From: Candidatus Kapaibacterium sp.
GTDB lineage: Bacteria; Bacteroidota; Ignavibacteria; Kapaibacteriales; UBA2268
DNA length: 64,000 nt
Assembly (NCBI GenBank): GCA_963664875.1
Contig: OY761611.1
Coordinates: 1,984,001-2,048,000, forward strand
Direction: 5' to 3'
Made by a program: the position numbers and the translations under genes. Below, piece after piece: positions 29,486 through 39,308 of this stretch; position 1 is the first letter of the stretch, and each line of letters begins with the position of its first letter. The notes under the pieces are model-generated. The model had not been told where the DNA came from, made no database searches, and worked only from the letters and a program-made list of their open reading frames with translations.

Positions 29486-31615
29486 CTAATACCTGACAGT
29501 TTCCAAAGCAGCCAATTTTACATCTTCAATATTTAGCAATATACTCTTTTCGTACTCTTTCGCAAAACCTACCGGAGTATTTTTTGAGCCTATTCTTTTT
29601 ACAGGTGCGTCTAAGTATTTGAACATTTTATCTGTTATTTCCGCAGCTATTTCGCCACCAAATCCACCGATAACTCTGTCCTCATGAGCAATTAGTACTT
29701 TGCCTGTTTTTTCAACAGAGGCGAATACGGTTTCCTTATCCCAAGGGGCAAGAGTTCTTAAGTCTATTACTTCTGCTTCGATACCTTCTTTTGCCAACTC
29801 TTCAGCAGCGAATAATGAAAGATGGACAGCAGTACCATAACTAACGATGGTCAAATCTTTGCCTTCTCTTCTGATTTTCGCCTTGCCAAAAGGTACGATG
29901 AAATCATCTCCGGGTTTAGGAGCAGCTGCAGGTTTAAAATTATATAAAAATTTTGGTTCGAGGAACATAGTCGGACCTTCGGAACGAATTGAATTACGCA
30001 TTAGCCCCACAGCATCATCAGCAAATGCAGGAATTACTACTCTAATCCCAGGCTGTGTTGTGAATATTGCTTCAAGATTTTGTGAGTGATAAAGTCCGCC
30101 TTGAATATAGCCACCACTTGCCAGCCTAAGAGTAACGTTAGGTGAAAATTGTCCTTTTGTTCTCCAGTATTCGTGAGTCAGTTCAATAAACTGTTCCATA
30201 GCCGGCCAGAAGTAATCTGCAAATTCAGCACCTTCAATCACAACTCGTATATCTTTGTCGTATCTACTGAATCCGTTAGCAGAGCCAACTATTAAATCTT
30301 CAGCTATAGGGGCATTAAAGATTCTGTCTTTTCCAAATTCTTCAGGCATTCCTTTTACTATATTAAAAACGCCACCTTTACCTATGTCCTGCCCCCACAT
30401 AAACGTTTTTGGGTTTCTTCTGAATTCACCTTTTAATGCTAAATTCAGACCTTCCAGATAAGTAATGGGTTCAGCATTTGGGTCAATATCTTTTTCTTTA
30501 TCATCCCATATATTAATGTATGCAGGAGGCATTAAAAATTCCATATAGGAATCCCCGTTTGCGTTTGGTGCTGCTTCGGCTTTGTCCGCAGCTGCAAACA
30601 TTTCGATTTTATTATCCTCTTCAATTTTCAGAACTTCTTCTTCTGTAAGTATGCCTCTGTTAATTACATGCCATCTAAACTGCATCAGTGGATCACGCCT
30701 TTTCACAGCAGCGAGCTCTTCTTCTGATCTGTAAGATTCATGCCTGTCTGAGTTAGAGTGAGAAGTTACACGGTCGCAATCAGCATGAACCATCGCCGGT
30801 CCATTACCTTCGAGAGAATAATTCCTTGCTTCTTCTAAGGCTCTAAAAGAATCAAATGGGTCTCTACCGTCGCAGTTGATAATTTTTAGGTTTTTCATAC
30901 CGCTATAGTTGTCAGAAACAACATGATTAGCTGTCTGATCTATAATTGGTACTGAAATGCCGTATTTGTTGTTTTGAATAACATAAATTACCGGCAATTT
31001 TTCTAATGTCGCTGCATTTAATGATTCCCAGAAGTATCCTTCGGAAATTGCAGATTCGCCACTTGAATAATATGCCACAATATCATCGTTAAATTTTTTT
31101 GCAGCTCTTGCAAGTCCAACTGCGTGAAGTGAATGATTGCCTGTGCAAGAAGAAACATTTTGAATATTTATCGAAGGTTTAGCGAAGTGGTTACTCATGT
31201 GTCTTCCACCTCCTGCGACGTCAGTTTCTTTACTCAAGCCGTTAAGAATTATTTCTTCAGGAGTAATTCCTGCGGCAAGACTAGTCATCATATCACGATA
31301 ATAAGGGAACAAGTAATCTTTCTTTTGTCTGAAAATGCGTCCGAGAGCCAATTGGATTCCGTCATGACCTGCAAAAGGAGCATGATAAGACCATCCTTTA
31401 GCCATTTTTAAATAAAGAGCAGCTTTTTCATCCATTTTTCTGCCGAGATGCATTAGCTTATACCACTCTATAATCTTTTCTTTATCAAAACCTTCGAAAT
31501 CAAATTTGCTCGAAAGTTCTATTTCTACCTCTTTGCCATTGTAAATCATTTTCTCTACAGAAGGCACCACTTTGTCACCGGCCTTTTTCGAGTTAGTCGC
31601 TTTCTTTGCTGCCAT
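29486..31615 (-). CDS. 2-oxoacid (probably branched-chain) dehydrogenase E1, fused alpha/beta subunits
   Basis: TPP-binding GESAISEG...NNKYGIS; HSNSD; beta-part APIAE, GGLYHSQ, DLRTLAPWD. Confidence 0.9.
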   Translation of the reverse strand: MAAKKATNSKKAGDKVVPSVEKMIYNGKEVEIELSSKFDFEGFDKEKIIEWYKLMHLGRKMDEKAALYLKMAKGWSYHAPFAGHDGIQLALGRIFRQKKDYLFPYYRDMMTSLAAGITPEEIILNGLSKETDVAGGGRHMSNHFAKPSINIQNVSSCTGNHSLHAVGLARAAKKFNDDIVAYYSSGESAISEGYFWESLNAATLEKLPVIYVIQNNKYGISVPIIDQTANHVVSDNYSGMKNLKIINCDGRDPFDSFRALEEARNYSLEGNGPAMVHADCDRVTSHSNSDRHESYRSEEELAAVKRRDPLMQFRWHVINRGILTEEEVLKIEEDNKIEMFAAADKAEAAPNANGDSYMEFLMPPAYINIWDDKEKDIDPNAEPITYLEGLNLALKGEFRRNPKTFMWGQDIGKGGVFNIVKGMPEEFGKDRIFNAPIAEDLIVGSANGFSRYDKDIRVVIEGAEFADYFWPAMEQFIELTHEYWRTKGQFSPNVTLRLASGGYIQGGLYHSQNLEAIFTTQPGIRVVIPAFADDAVGLMRNSIRSEGPTMFLEPKFLYNFKPAAAPKPGDDFIVPFGKAKIRREGKDLTIVSYGTAVHLSLFAAEELAKEGIEAEVIDLRTLAPWDKETVFASVEKTGKVLIAHEDRVIGGFGGEIAAEITDKMFKYLDAPVKRIGSKNTPVGFAKEYEKSILLNIEDVKLAALETVRY

Positions 31616-31715
31616 CGTTCTATTCCATATTTTTTATTAATACTAATTATTTTCTTTGTCGTAACTAAATCGGCTTGCACCAATATGGATAGAACGAATA
31701 TTGCCAATAGAGATT

Positions 31716-33086
31716 TTATATTAAATCATTTTTTAGGTATTCCGAAATATATTTAGGATTTATATCAGGGTAAGTTAATGTTATGATTTTTATTAGTTTA
31801 CCAACGTTTTTAATAGGATCTGTCGCAATTTTGAGCTGGCTCATAGTTTCTGTATCAAGTACTTTGTTTATACTTTGAGCGATATACTCTCTATCATTAT
31901 TATATATCATTTTGTTCTTTTTCGCAAATTCTATGTAATCGAAATTACAATCAACTATCGAGAGTTTAAGAAGCTCTACACAACTTTCTTTGCTAATCTG
32001 TTCGTCTGCTAAAAGTTTTAAAATATCTACAAAGCAATGTTGGTACTCAATTTTCTTAGCATCTACAAACACTGCAGCGGATAATACATTAAACAAAAGA
32101 TTTGGCTTTAGATTGCTAATCTCTTTGCGAATCATATCAAAAAGATTGGAATGTTCAAAGTTATCTCTTAAGTACTCAACTGAATTTTTTTCTAACCCTA
32201 TAGAACTATATAATAATAATTTATCGGATGGAGGTACAAATTTTGTAGGAACACTTCCCGGCATTTTAAGCAGAGGCAAGTCAGGCTCTTTCATGTAACG
32301 ATAGCTTAGTTTACTATCTCCATTCCGCAAAGGAATTGTACTGCCCTCGTCTTCATTTACAGTGCGTGTCTCTGAAACAGGAAGCCCCCCATTGTCAATT
32401 ATTTCAATTTGTCTTTGCCATTCAAATTCCAAAGCTTTTTCCAATACTTTAAAGCTATTTACATTCTTAATTTCTACTTTGTATGCGGGCAATTCTTGAT
32501 CAGTACTTATAGAAATATTTGCATCACATCGAAGATCACCATCCTGCATCTCCCCATTTGATATGCCAAGATATATTGCTGTAAGTCTGACATTTCTAAA
32601 ACACTCAACCGCATCAGCAGCTGAGCGTATTGTTGGCTTAGTAACTACTTCCAATAGTGGAGCTGAAGAACGATTAAAATCAACAAGCGTGGCATCTCTG
32701 TTATGCTTCATTTTGGCGGCATCTTCTTCTATGTGCATTTTTTCTAACTCGACTATGCCGGAAGATGTTTTTATTGTGCCTCCAAAGGCGAGCGGAAAAA
32801 AGAACTGAGTAATTTGATATCCTTTCGGCAAGTCGGGATAAAAGTAATTCTTCCTGTCGAAAGCAAGTACATCATTTGCTTTTGCACCAACTGCATCGGC
32901 AAATTGGAGTGCATATTTAACAGCTTTAATGTTCAAAACAGGTAAAGTACCGGGATAACCAAGACAGTATGGACATATATTTGTGTTCGGCTCAGAAATT
33001 TTGTTATAACATCTACAAAACAGCTTAGTTTCAGTATTTAGTCTTATGTGAATTTCCAGCCCGATATTGCAATAGTATTTCTGCAT
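31716..33086 (-). CDS. gatB: Asp/Glu-tRNA amidotransferase subunit B (divergent C-terminal half)
   Basis: IGLEIH, RKNYFYPDLPKGYQITQ, HIEEDAAK, LRCDANIS, EIKNVNSF, EPDLP. Confidence 0.88.
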   Translation of the reverse strand: MQKYYCNIGLEIHIRLNTETKLFCRCYNKISEPNTNICPYCLGYPGTLPVLNIKAVKYALQFADAVGAKANDVLAFDRKNYFYPDLPKGYQITQFFFPLAFGGTIKTSSGIVELEKMHIEEDAAKMKHNRDATLVDFNRSSAPLLEVVTKPTIRSAADAVECFRNVRLTAIYLGISNGEMQDGDLRCDANISISTDQELPAYKVEIKNVNSFKVLEKALEFEWQRQIEIIDNGGLPVSETRTVNEDEGSTIPLRNGDSKLSYRYMKEPDLPLLKMPGSVPTKFVPPSDKLLLYSSIGLEKNSVEYLRDNFEHSNLFDMIRKEISNLKPNLLFNVLSAAVFVDAKKIEYQHCFVDILKLLADEQISKESCVELLKLSIVDCNFDYIEFAKKNKMIYNNDREYIAQSINKVLDTETMSQLKIATDPIKNVGKLIKIITLTYPDINPKYISEYLKNDLI

Positions 33087-33161
33087 AACCGTTTGTGCCT
33101 TTACCTTATATTGCTTACTTAAACAACAGTATTATTACTTACGTATATTTTTACTATCTAT

Positions 33162-33842
33162 ATGCCTACTAATAAAAATACATATATTATTGGAGATATC
33201 CATGGGTGTATTCATACTTTACGATATCTACTTTATTTGCAGCTAAAAGTTGAAAAGAAAGACAGACTATACTTCATGGGCGACTATATTGACCGAGGTC
33301 CAAATTCTAAAGCTGTATTAGATGAATTTATTATGCTAAGAAACAACGGCTTTGAGATACATCTGCTAAGAGGCAATCATGAGCAGATGATGTTGGATTC
33401 CCTCCTATCAGAAAAGCAACACACACATTGGGTTAAAAATGGCGGAATATTCACTCTTCAGAGCTTTAAAGTTGCACACGGTAAAGATATTCCTGAAAAG
33501 TACTACAGAATGCTCGAAACGATGGATTATTTTTATGAATTAGAAGAGTTTTTTCTTGTACATGGTGGCATGAATTTCCTAGAAGAAGACCCATTCTGCC
33601 ATAAAGAAGACATGCTATGGATAAGAAATGATAAGATTGATAAGAGTAAGACAAAAGGAAAAAGAATAATAGTTGGCCACACCCCTGTGAGTCCCGCAGA
33701 ATCATACGAATCTTTAAAATCTGACATCATAATGATAGATACAGGCTGTATTTACAAGAAAATAGATACTTCTCTTGGCTATCTGACTGCCTTCAATCCT
33801 GATACAAAACGTTTTTACCGTGCAGAAAATATGGATACATAG
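33162..33842 (+). CDS. Metallophosphoesterase (PPP Ser/Thr phosphatase, PphA-like)
   Basis: GDIHG, GDYIDRG, RGNHE, VHGG, GHTP, IDTGC. Confidence 0.92.
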   Translation: MPTNKNTYIIGDIHGCIHTLRYLLYLQLKVEKKDRLYFMGDYIDRGPNSKAVLDEFIMLRNNGFEIHLLRGNHEQMMLDSLLSEKQHTHWVKNGGIFTLQSFKVAHGKDIPEKYYRMLETMDYFYELEEFFLVHGGMNFLEEDPFCHKEDMLWIRNDKIDKSKTKGKRIIVGHTPVSPAESYESLKSDIIMIDTGCIYKKIDTSLGYLTAFNPDTKRFYRAENMDT

Positions 33843-33869
33843 CCTCACTTTGTGAAATAATTTGATTTC

Positions 33870-34886
33870 TCAGCGCCCGGCATTCTTCCGAAATATTCTT
33901 ATATTTTCCGTATGCCCATTAATATCTTCTGAGAAATTGTGCTTACCACTGCCGTCACCGACTGCTACCATGTAAAACCACTTGTGATGTTCGTAGTCAA
34001 GCACGGCCTCCAAAGAGGCCTTACTCGGGTTATTGATTGGTCCCGGAGGCAGTCCTGCATATTTATAAGTATTGTAAGCATTATCGATTTCTAAATCTTT
34101 ATAGAGCACCCTGCGTTTTTCTCCTATTGCAAACTGCACAGTAGGATCTGCCTGCAAGAGCCAGCCGTTTTTTAGTCTGTTCATATATAGACCTGCAACA
34201 GTTTTTCTTTCAGTAACGGAGGGTGTTTCTGCTTCAACTATTGAGGCTAAAGTAGTAATTTGGTGGACTGTCATATTCATAGCTTTGGCTTTTGCTATGT
34301 TTTCATCAGTCCAAAAGTCAGAAAATTCGCTTAACAATTTATCTAAGATTTGTGGTTCTTTGTCATCCATAAAGAAAGTATAGGTATTTGGCAAAAGATA
34401 CCCAAGTGCATTGTCTTGATAGATTCCATATTTTGCAAGGATGTCTTTATCAGAACACAACCTAAAAAACTTTGCAGAATCAAGATTCATTTCTTGCCGA
34501 ATGATTGAAGCATATCTTTTTACATCCAAACCTTCGGGAAAGGTAAGTGTAGCTGTATATAAATTATCTCCTGTAAATATTGATTCTATCAAATCAATAT
34601 TGCTGATACCCTGTTCAAATTTATAATAACCTGCCTGTAGAGAATTTTTTTTCTTGCCGGCAATGTATCTTATGTATGCATCAAAAAACCAATCAGGATG
34701 CAACGCACCTTTTTCCTGAAGCATATCTATAGTTTTATAAACAGAAGTGCCGTAAGGAATCCTCAACACGATTGCACTGTCTGCTGCCGGTCTGTGGAGC
34801 ATATCTTTGTACCACAAATAGGAACCTGCAGCAGAAACAATAAACAAGACAAGTATAGAAATGAAAACATATTTTAGAAACTTCAT
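33870..34886 (-). CDS. mltG: Endolytic transglycosylase MltG
   Basis: N-terminal TM, LASIVEAE, LQADPTV, YNTYKYAGLPPGPINNP. Confidence 0.95.
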   Translation of the reverse strand: MKFLKYVFISILVLFIVSAAGSYLWYKDMLHRPAADSAIVLRIPYGTSVYKTIDMLQEKGALHPDWFFDAYIRYIAGKKKNSLQAGYYKFEQGISNIDLIESIFTGDNLYTATLTFPEGLDVKRYASIIRQEMNLDSAKFFRLCSDKDILAKYGIYQDNALGYLLPNTYTFFMDDKEPQILDKLLSEFSDFWTDENIAKAKAMNMTVHQITTLASIVEAETPSVTERKTVAGLYMNRLKNGWLLQADPTVQFAIGEKRRVLYKDLEIDNAYNTYKYAGLPPGPINNPSKASLEAVLDYEHHKWFYMVAVGDGSGKHNFSEDINGHTENIRIFRKNAGR

Positions 34887-34888
34887 TT

Positions 34889-35428
34889 CTACCACTTATC
34901 CCAGTGTATTTTTTCTTTTACAAATTTATCTTTAGGCAATTCGTTACCAATAGGCACACCAACCGGAATGACACTTAGAGGCAAGATGCCTTTAGGCAGT
35001 TCCAATATATCTTTTACGGTATTTATTCTATCACTGGCAGGATAAACAGCTGTCCATACAGCACCATAGCCTAATGCTTCAGCGGCAAGTAAAATATTGA
35101 GCGTAGCAGCAGAGCAATCCTGCACCCATAGGCTTCCTTCGGGCTCGCTAAAAGCTTCGCCGGGTTTACCGCAAACAACTATACCTGCAGCAGCATCTTT
35201 TAACATTTTAGCATAAGGTAACCTTTCTGCTAAAAATCCTTTGATGTATTTGTCAGTTACAACAATAAATTCCCAAGGTTGATGATTGTTTGCTGACGGC
35301 GCCGCCATAGCTGCTCTAACCATTTCCTCTAAGTGCTCTTTAGGAATTGATTCTTGTTTGAATTCTCTAACGCTTTTTCGTGTATGTATTGTGTGTAGTG
35401 CAGTATTCTTTTCGTACTTTTTAAGCAT
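34889..35428 (-). CDS. Nitroreductase family protein
   Basis: RKSVREF, APSANNHQPWEF, QDCSAATLNILLAA. Confidence 0.92.
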   Translation of the reverse strand: MLKKYEKNTALHTIHTRKSVREFKQESIPKEHLEEMVRAAMAAPSANNHQPWEFIVVTDKYIKGFLAERLPYAKMLKDAAAGIVVCGKPGEAFSEPEGSLWVQDCSAATLNILLAAEALGYGAVWTAVYPASDRINTVKDILELPKGILPLSVIPVGVPIGNELPKDKFVKEKIHWDKW

Positions 35429-35579
35429 TTTTGAAATTCCTCAATGTACAATTAGCATTTTAACAAATATACGTCCAAAATTTTTTTTATTTCAATACAA
35501 TATTCGTATATTGAAAACTTCTATATTGCTAAAGAGCAATATTCTTTTATAAATTATATATTTTGGGAGACTCAGAGTT

Positions 35580-35990
35580 ATGAGCATGAAGATAACATTC
35601 CCGGGCAATAAGAAGGTAAATGCGGAATTTAACGGTTGGGTTGTGGCAACTGATCAGCCTATTAATGGTGGTGGCGACGGCACTGCTCCTGCTCCTTTTG
35701 AATTATTTTTGGCATCATTAGGCACTTGTGCCGGCATCTATGTAGCAGGTTTCTGCCAATCGCGCGGAATCAGCATGGAAGGCATTGAAATAGAACAAGA
35801 TTTAAAATGGGATCCTATCAAACAAAAAATAGGTAAAATTACTTTGGACATCAAAGTTCCAAAAGATTTCCCTGAAAAATACTATGACGCTCTTATTAAA
35901 TCTGCATCTATGTGTGCAGTAAAGAAAACTATTCAGGATCCGCCTGAATTTGTAATTCAGACAGTAGTAAACGAAGCGATTTCTGCTTAA
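35580..35990 (+). CDS. OsmC family protein
   Basis: TDQP..GGG...PAPFELFLASLGTC...CAVKK. Confidence 0.88.
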   Translation: MSMKITFPGNKKVNAEFNGWVVATDQPINGGGDGTAPAPFELFLASLGTCAGIYVAGFCQSRGISMEGIEIEQDLKWDPIKQKIGKITLDIKVPKDFPEKYYDALIKSASMCAVKKTIQDPPEFVIQTVVNEAISA

Positions 35991-36029
35991 AATAAATTTT
36001 CACTATGACACAGCACACGTCAGAATAAG

Positions 36030-36068
36030 AAAAGGAGCCGATATTCTCAAAATAGAGGCTCCTTTTTT
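36030..36068. terminator. Bidirectional terminator between the OsmC gene and flagellin
   Basis: aaaaggagcc...ggctcctttt. Confidence 0.7.
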
Positions 36069-36122
36069 ACTTTTCTGAGCGGTAATCTTTAGATATCAAA
36101 CCACTCTCCAACATGCATTTTT

Positions 36123-37070
36123 TTAGAACAACAATAGATAAGAACGAGGGTTTTGATTTGCCTGAGCAAGAGACAAAATTGATGTCTGCTGCAAAAATTG
36201 ATTTTTTACAACATTTAGCTGTTCATTAGCCACATCAGCGTCTTCAAGTCGAGAAATTGCAGAATCATAATTAACAATCTGAGAGCGAATCGCTTCTTCC
36301 TGAGAGTTGATTCTGCCCTGAACACCACCTAAATAAGAAGCCACATTTCTAACGTTTTTCATCGCTAACGAAAGACTATATAAAGTACTTCCAATTTCGT
36401 CACTAGCAAATATGTTCAAATCAGATGCAGTAACATCATTGAGTTTGGACAGATCTAAGCCTGTCACACCTGCGAAGTTCGAAACGTCTAAGCCTGAGCC
36501 TTCATCAACTGCATTCAGATTAAAATTTAGGCTATCAACATTGAGATCTTCGTTATCTGACTGCAAATCAATCCCTAAGGTAATCATATTATTTACGTGG
36601 TCGTAACCGATTACCCAATCAGCTTTGTAATCACCGCTAAAAAGTTGGTAGCCTCCAAAAACAGAAGATTCAACCACCGATTGGATTTGTTGAGATAATC
36701 TGTAAGAGCTTTTTGCCAATGCTACTTTTTCGTCTTTACCTATCGAATCAGCAGATGCCAAAGTAGTAGCTTCTTTTATTTTAGCGAGTAAGCCATTAAT
36801 ATTATCTAAAGTGTCCTGCGAAATGGAAGCAACGTTGCCTGCTTCGCCACTTAGTCTCAAAGCCGCTTTTAATGAGCCATTTCTTGCTTCTAAGGACTTG
36901 GAAGTAATATAAGCAGAGACATCGTCCGCAGCTACATTTATCCTTTTGCCTGTAGAAATCCTGAGCTGGCTGCTCGCAATCTCCTGCGATGATCTAACAT
37001 TGCTGTTATAAGCCTGCTCAGCAGAAATATTGGCACGTATTCTTGCTTCACCCGAAATTGTTGCCGGCAT
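36123..37070 (-). CDS. fliC: Flagellin (short, minimal variable domain)
   Basis: RISTGKRINVAADD N-terminal and LGGVQGRI...SRLEDADVANEQ...LAQANQ C-terminal flagellin motifs. Confidence 0.9.
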   Translation of the reverse strand: MPATISGEARIRANISAEQAYNSNVRSSQEIASSQLRISTGKRINVAADDVSAYITSKSLEARNGSLKAALRLSGEAGNVASISQDTLDNINGLLAKIKEATTLASADSIGKDEKVALAKSSYRLSQQIQSVVESSVFGGYQLFSGDYKADWVIGYDHVNNMITLGIDLQSDNEDLNVDSLNFNLNAVDEGSGLDVSNFAGVTGLDLSKLNDVTASDLNIFASDEIGSTLYSLSLAMKNVRNVASYLGGVQGRINSQEEAIRSQIVNYDSAISRLEDADVANEQLNVVKNQFLQQTSILSLAQANQNPRSYLLLF

Positions 37071-37102
37071 AATCTATGCTCACATTAAAGAATTACATTT
37101 CG

Positions 37103-37113
37103 GGCATCCTACC
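37103..37113 (-). promoter_or_regulatory. Possible CsrA-binding GGA hairpin in flagellin leader
   Basis: GGTA-GGA-TGCC mini-hairpin between the promoter and the start codon. Confidence 0.4.
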
Positions 37114-37136
37114 TGTTTACTATTCCTCTTAGTTTC

Positions 37137-37163
37137 TTATCGGCACATTGGAAAACAACTTTA
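37137..37163 (-). promoter_or_regulatory. Sigma-28 (FliA) promoter of flagellin
   Basis: - strand reads TAAA-gttgttttccaatgt(15 nt)-GCCGATAA, the exact consensus. Confidence 0.88.
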
Positions 37164-37408
37164 GCTTTTTTTATTGATTTTATATAAAATTTTTGAAATA
37201 GTAGAATCTACTTATTTATTTCATTCATGCTATAAGTGATGATACCGATATAAAGAAAGTGTGTGTTTCGGCTATAATCGTATTTTGATAGTTTTATCTC
37301 TTTTGAATTGATATCCTAATTCGATACCGGGGTAGATGATATCATAATATTTTTTAAATTAGAATTAGTTAGTTACATTGATACAAGAAACAACATAAAG
37401 AAACAAAG

Positions 37409-39199
37409 ATGAGAAATATAAATGCAATTTTTTTATTCCTTGTCCTAATGCTAAGTATAATTGGGAAAAGCAAGGCAAATAATGATACGTTTTTTGACGA
37501 TTATATGAAACGTAATGGTGAGCTTTATCCTTGGGAAAGAGATGCTACATTTTTGAACAAAGATAGTTTATGGATAGAATTTTACTTAACAAAAGCTGAG
37601 GCATTTATCACTAACGACAATGATTCAGCACTACATTTTTTAAAGATTGCAGAAAAGAAAATACAAAATAAAAACTACACTCGACTTATTCCTGAACTAT
37701 ATTCCAAATATGGCAATTATTACTTCTTTATAGATAAACAGGACACAGCGATTTATTATTTCAAGGCAGCAGCTAAAATGGCAGAAAAAGAAAAAGATAC
37801 ACTAACTGCCGGAATATCTTTCAGTAATTTAGCTCTAATTTACTCTTACCAATCGCAATATGACAAATTTCTTACATCAGCTCAAAATGCTATCATCTAT
37901 AACAATTTGCTCAATAGGCATATTGCAAATATGAAAATATGGACAGCTCTTTCCGATTACTATTCTCATGAAAAAGATACTTTAAAAGCAGAGCATGCTT
38001 CTTATATGGCTCTAAGAGCTGCAGATTTGAGCAAGAATTTTGTATGGCAGCCCTGGGCGAAGAATCAGTATGCCTTATTGCTATTAGATTTTGGGAAAAT
38101 AGAAAAAGCAGATAGTCTTATCTCGGAGCTCTTGCCTATAGCTGACACCATTTACTACAAGAAATTATCGAAAAATATTTATAAAACAAAAGCAGTCATA
38201 CTAAATCTACAAAAAGATGGCAACCGTGCTATACAATTTCTCAATAAAGCAAAAGATGCAGCACCATTTTCATCAACTTTTGATTCTCTCGATTATGAGA
38301 TGTCTTTTGCTGATGCGTACGCAATTATGAATAAGCATCAATTTGCTATAGATATTTATAGAGGAATATTGAGCGTAAAATCAGATGTTTTAGATTTGGA
38401 ACTGAAATTAAAGACTTATGACAAGCTAATCGCCTCGCTACAAGCAACTAACCAATATAAGGAGCTTTCTTATGTATGGGCACGTCGAACAGAAATCGCT
38501 AATGAGTTGCTAAATTCACGAAATATAGAATTGACTAAAAAATACGAAGTTGAACTCAATCTTCAGGATAAAGAACTTCAAACGAAAAAAGCAGAGTTGC
38601 AAGCACAGGAAGCAGAAGAAAAGACGACTTATTTGGCTTTTAGCTCTGTAATCCTTGCCTTTATCGTACTGTCTATAATATTAAGGATGCGTATTGCAAA
38701 AAAACAATCTGCACTGCAATTTCGAAATAATGAGTTGCAAAAAACAATCGAACTCAACGAGCAAAAAAACCTTTTAAAACAAAAGGAAAATGAGCTTTTT
38801 GAGCAAACAAAAGCTCTTGCAGAAAAACAGGAAATTGTAAATCGTCTCGAAGAAGAAATTACAAAAAGCAAATCTCTTAATATGCCAACTTACAGCATTG
38901 AGCAAATTTTAAGTGAAATACAGCAAAATAATATGACTATAGAATCTTTTGATTTGAAATTCAACGAGATCTATCCCGATTTTTATACTCGTTTATATCA
39001 AACATGCTCTGACCTTTCTCAGTCAGAAATAAGGGTTTGTGCTTTGATAAAGATGAATATGAACACTAAAGAAATAGCAAATCTGCTAAATGTATCACCC
39101 TCAACTATCGACAACCACAGATTCCGAGTCCGCAAAAAATTAGAATTGGAAAAAGGCACTAACTTATTTGATGCAATTCAAAATTTAGACAACTCGTAA
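37409..39199 (+). CDS. Membrane-spanning one-component regulator: exported TPR sensor, TM helix, coiled coil, LuxR-type HTH
   Basis: Signal-like N-terminus, TPR helices, TM YLAFSSVILAFIVLSIIL, C-terminal LSQSEIRVCALIKMNMNTKEIANLLNVSPSTIDNHRFRVRKKL. Confidence 0.88.
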   Translation: MRNINAIFLFLVLMLSIIGKSKANNDTFFDDYMKRNGELYPWERDATFLNKDSLWIEFYLTKAEAFITNDNDSALHFLKIAEKKIQNKNYTRLIPELYSKYGNYYFFIDKQDTAIYYFKAAAKMAEKEKDTLTAGISFSNLALIYSYQSQYDKFLTSAQNAIIYNNLLNRHIANMKIWTALSDYYSHEKDTLKAEHASYMALRAADLSKNFVWQPWAKNQYALLLLDFGKIEKADSLISELLPIADTIYYKKLSKNIYKTKAVILNLQKDGNRAIQFLNKAKDAAPFSSTFDSLDYEMSFADAYAIMNKHQFAIDIYRGILSVKSDVLDLELKLKTYDKLIASLQATNQYKELSYVWARRTEIANELLNSRNIELTKKYEVELNLQDKELQTKKAELQAQEAEEKTTYLAFSSVILAFIVLSIILRMRIAKKQSALQFRNNELQKTIELNEQKNLLKQKENELFEQTKALAEKQEIVNRLEEEITKSKSLNMPTYSIEQILSEIQQNNMTIESFDLKFNEIYPDFYTRLYQTCSDLSQSEIRVCALIKMNMNTKEIANLLNVSPSTIDNHRFRVRKKLELEKGTNLFDAIQNLDNS

Positions 39200-39226
39200 A
39201 TATCTTTAAATAAGACACTTAGCCTC

Positions 39227-39248
39227 ATAGGTGAAATATGTGAGATAA
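39227..39248 (+). promoter_or_regulatory. Operator-like motif, copy 1 (ataggtgaaatatgtgagataa)
   Basis: Identical 22-mer upstream of all three IPTL-CTERM genes. Confidence 0.75.
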
Positions 39249-39308
39249 TAAAGTACTTCATAAATACTACTTTACAACTATCAATAACATCAACTATGAG
39301 GTAGTAAT

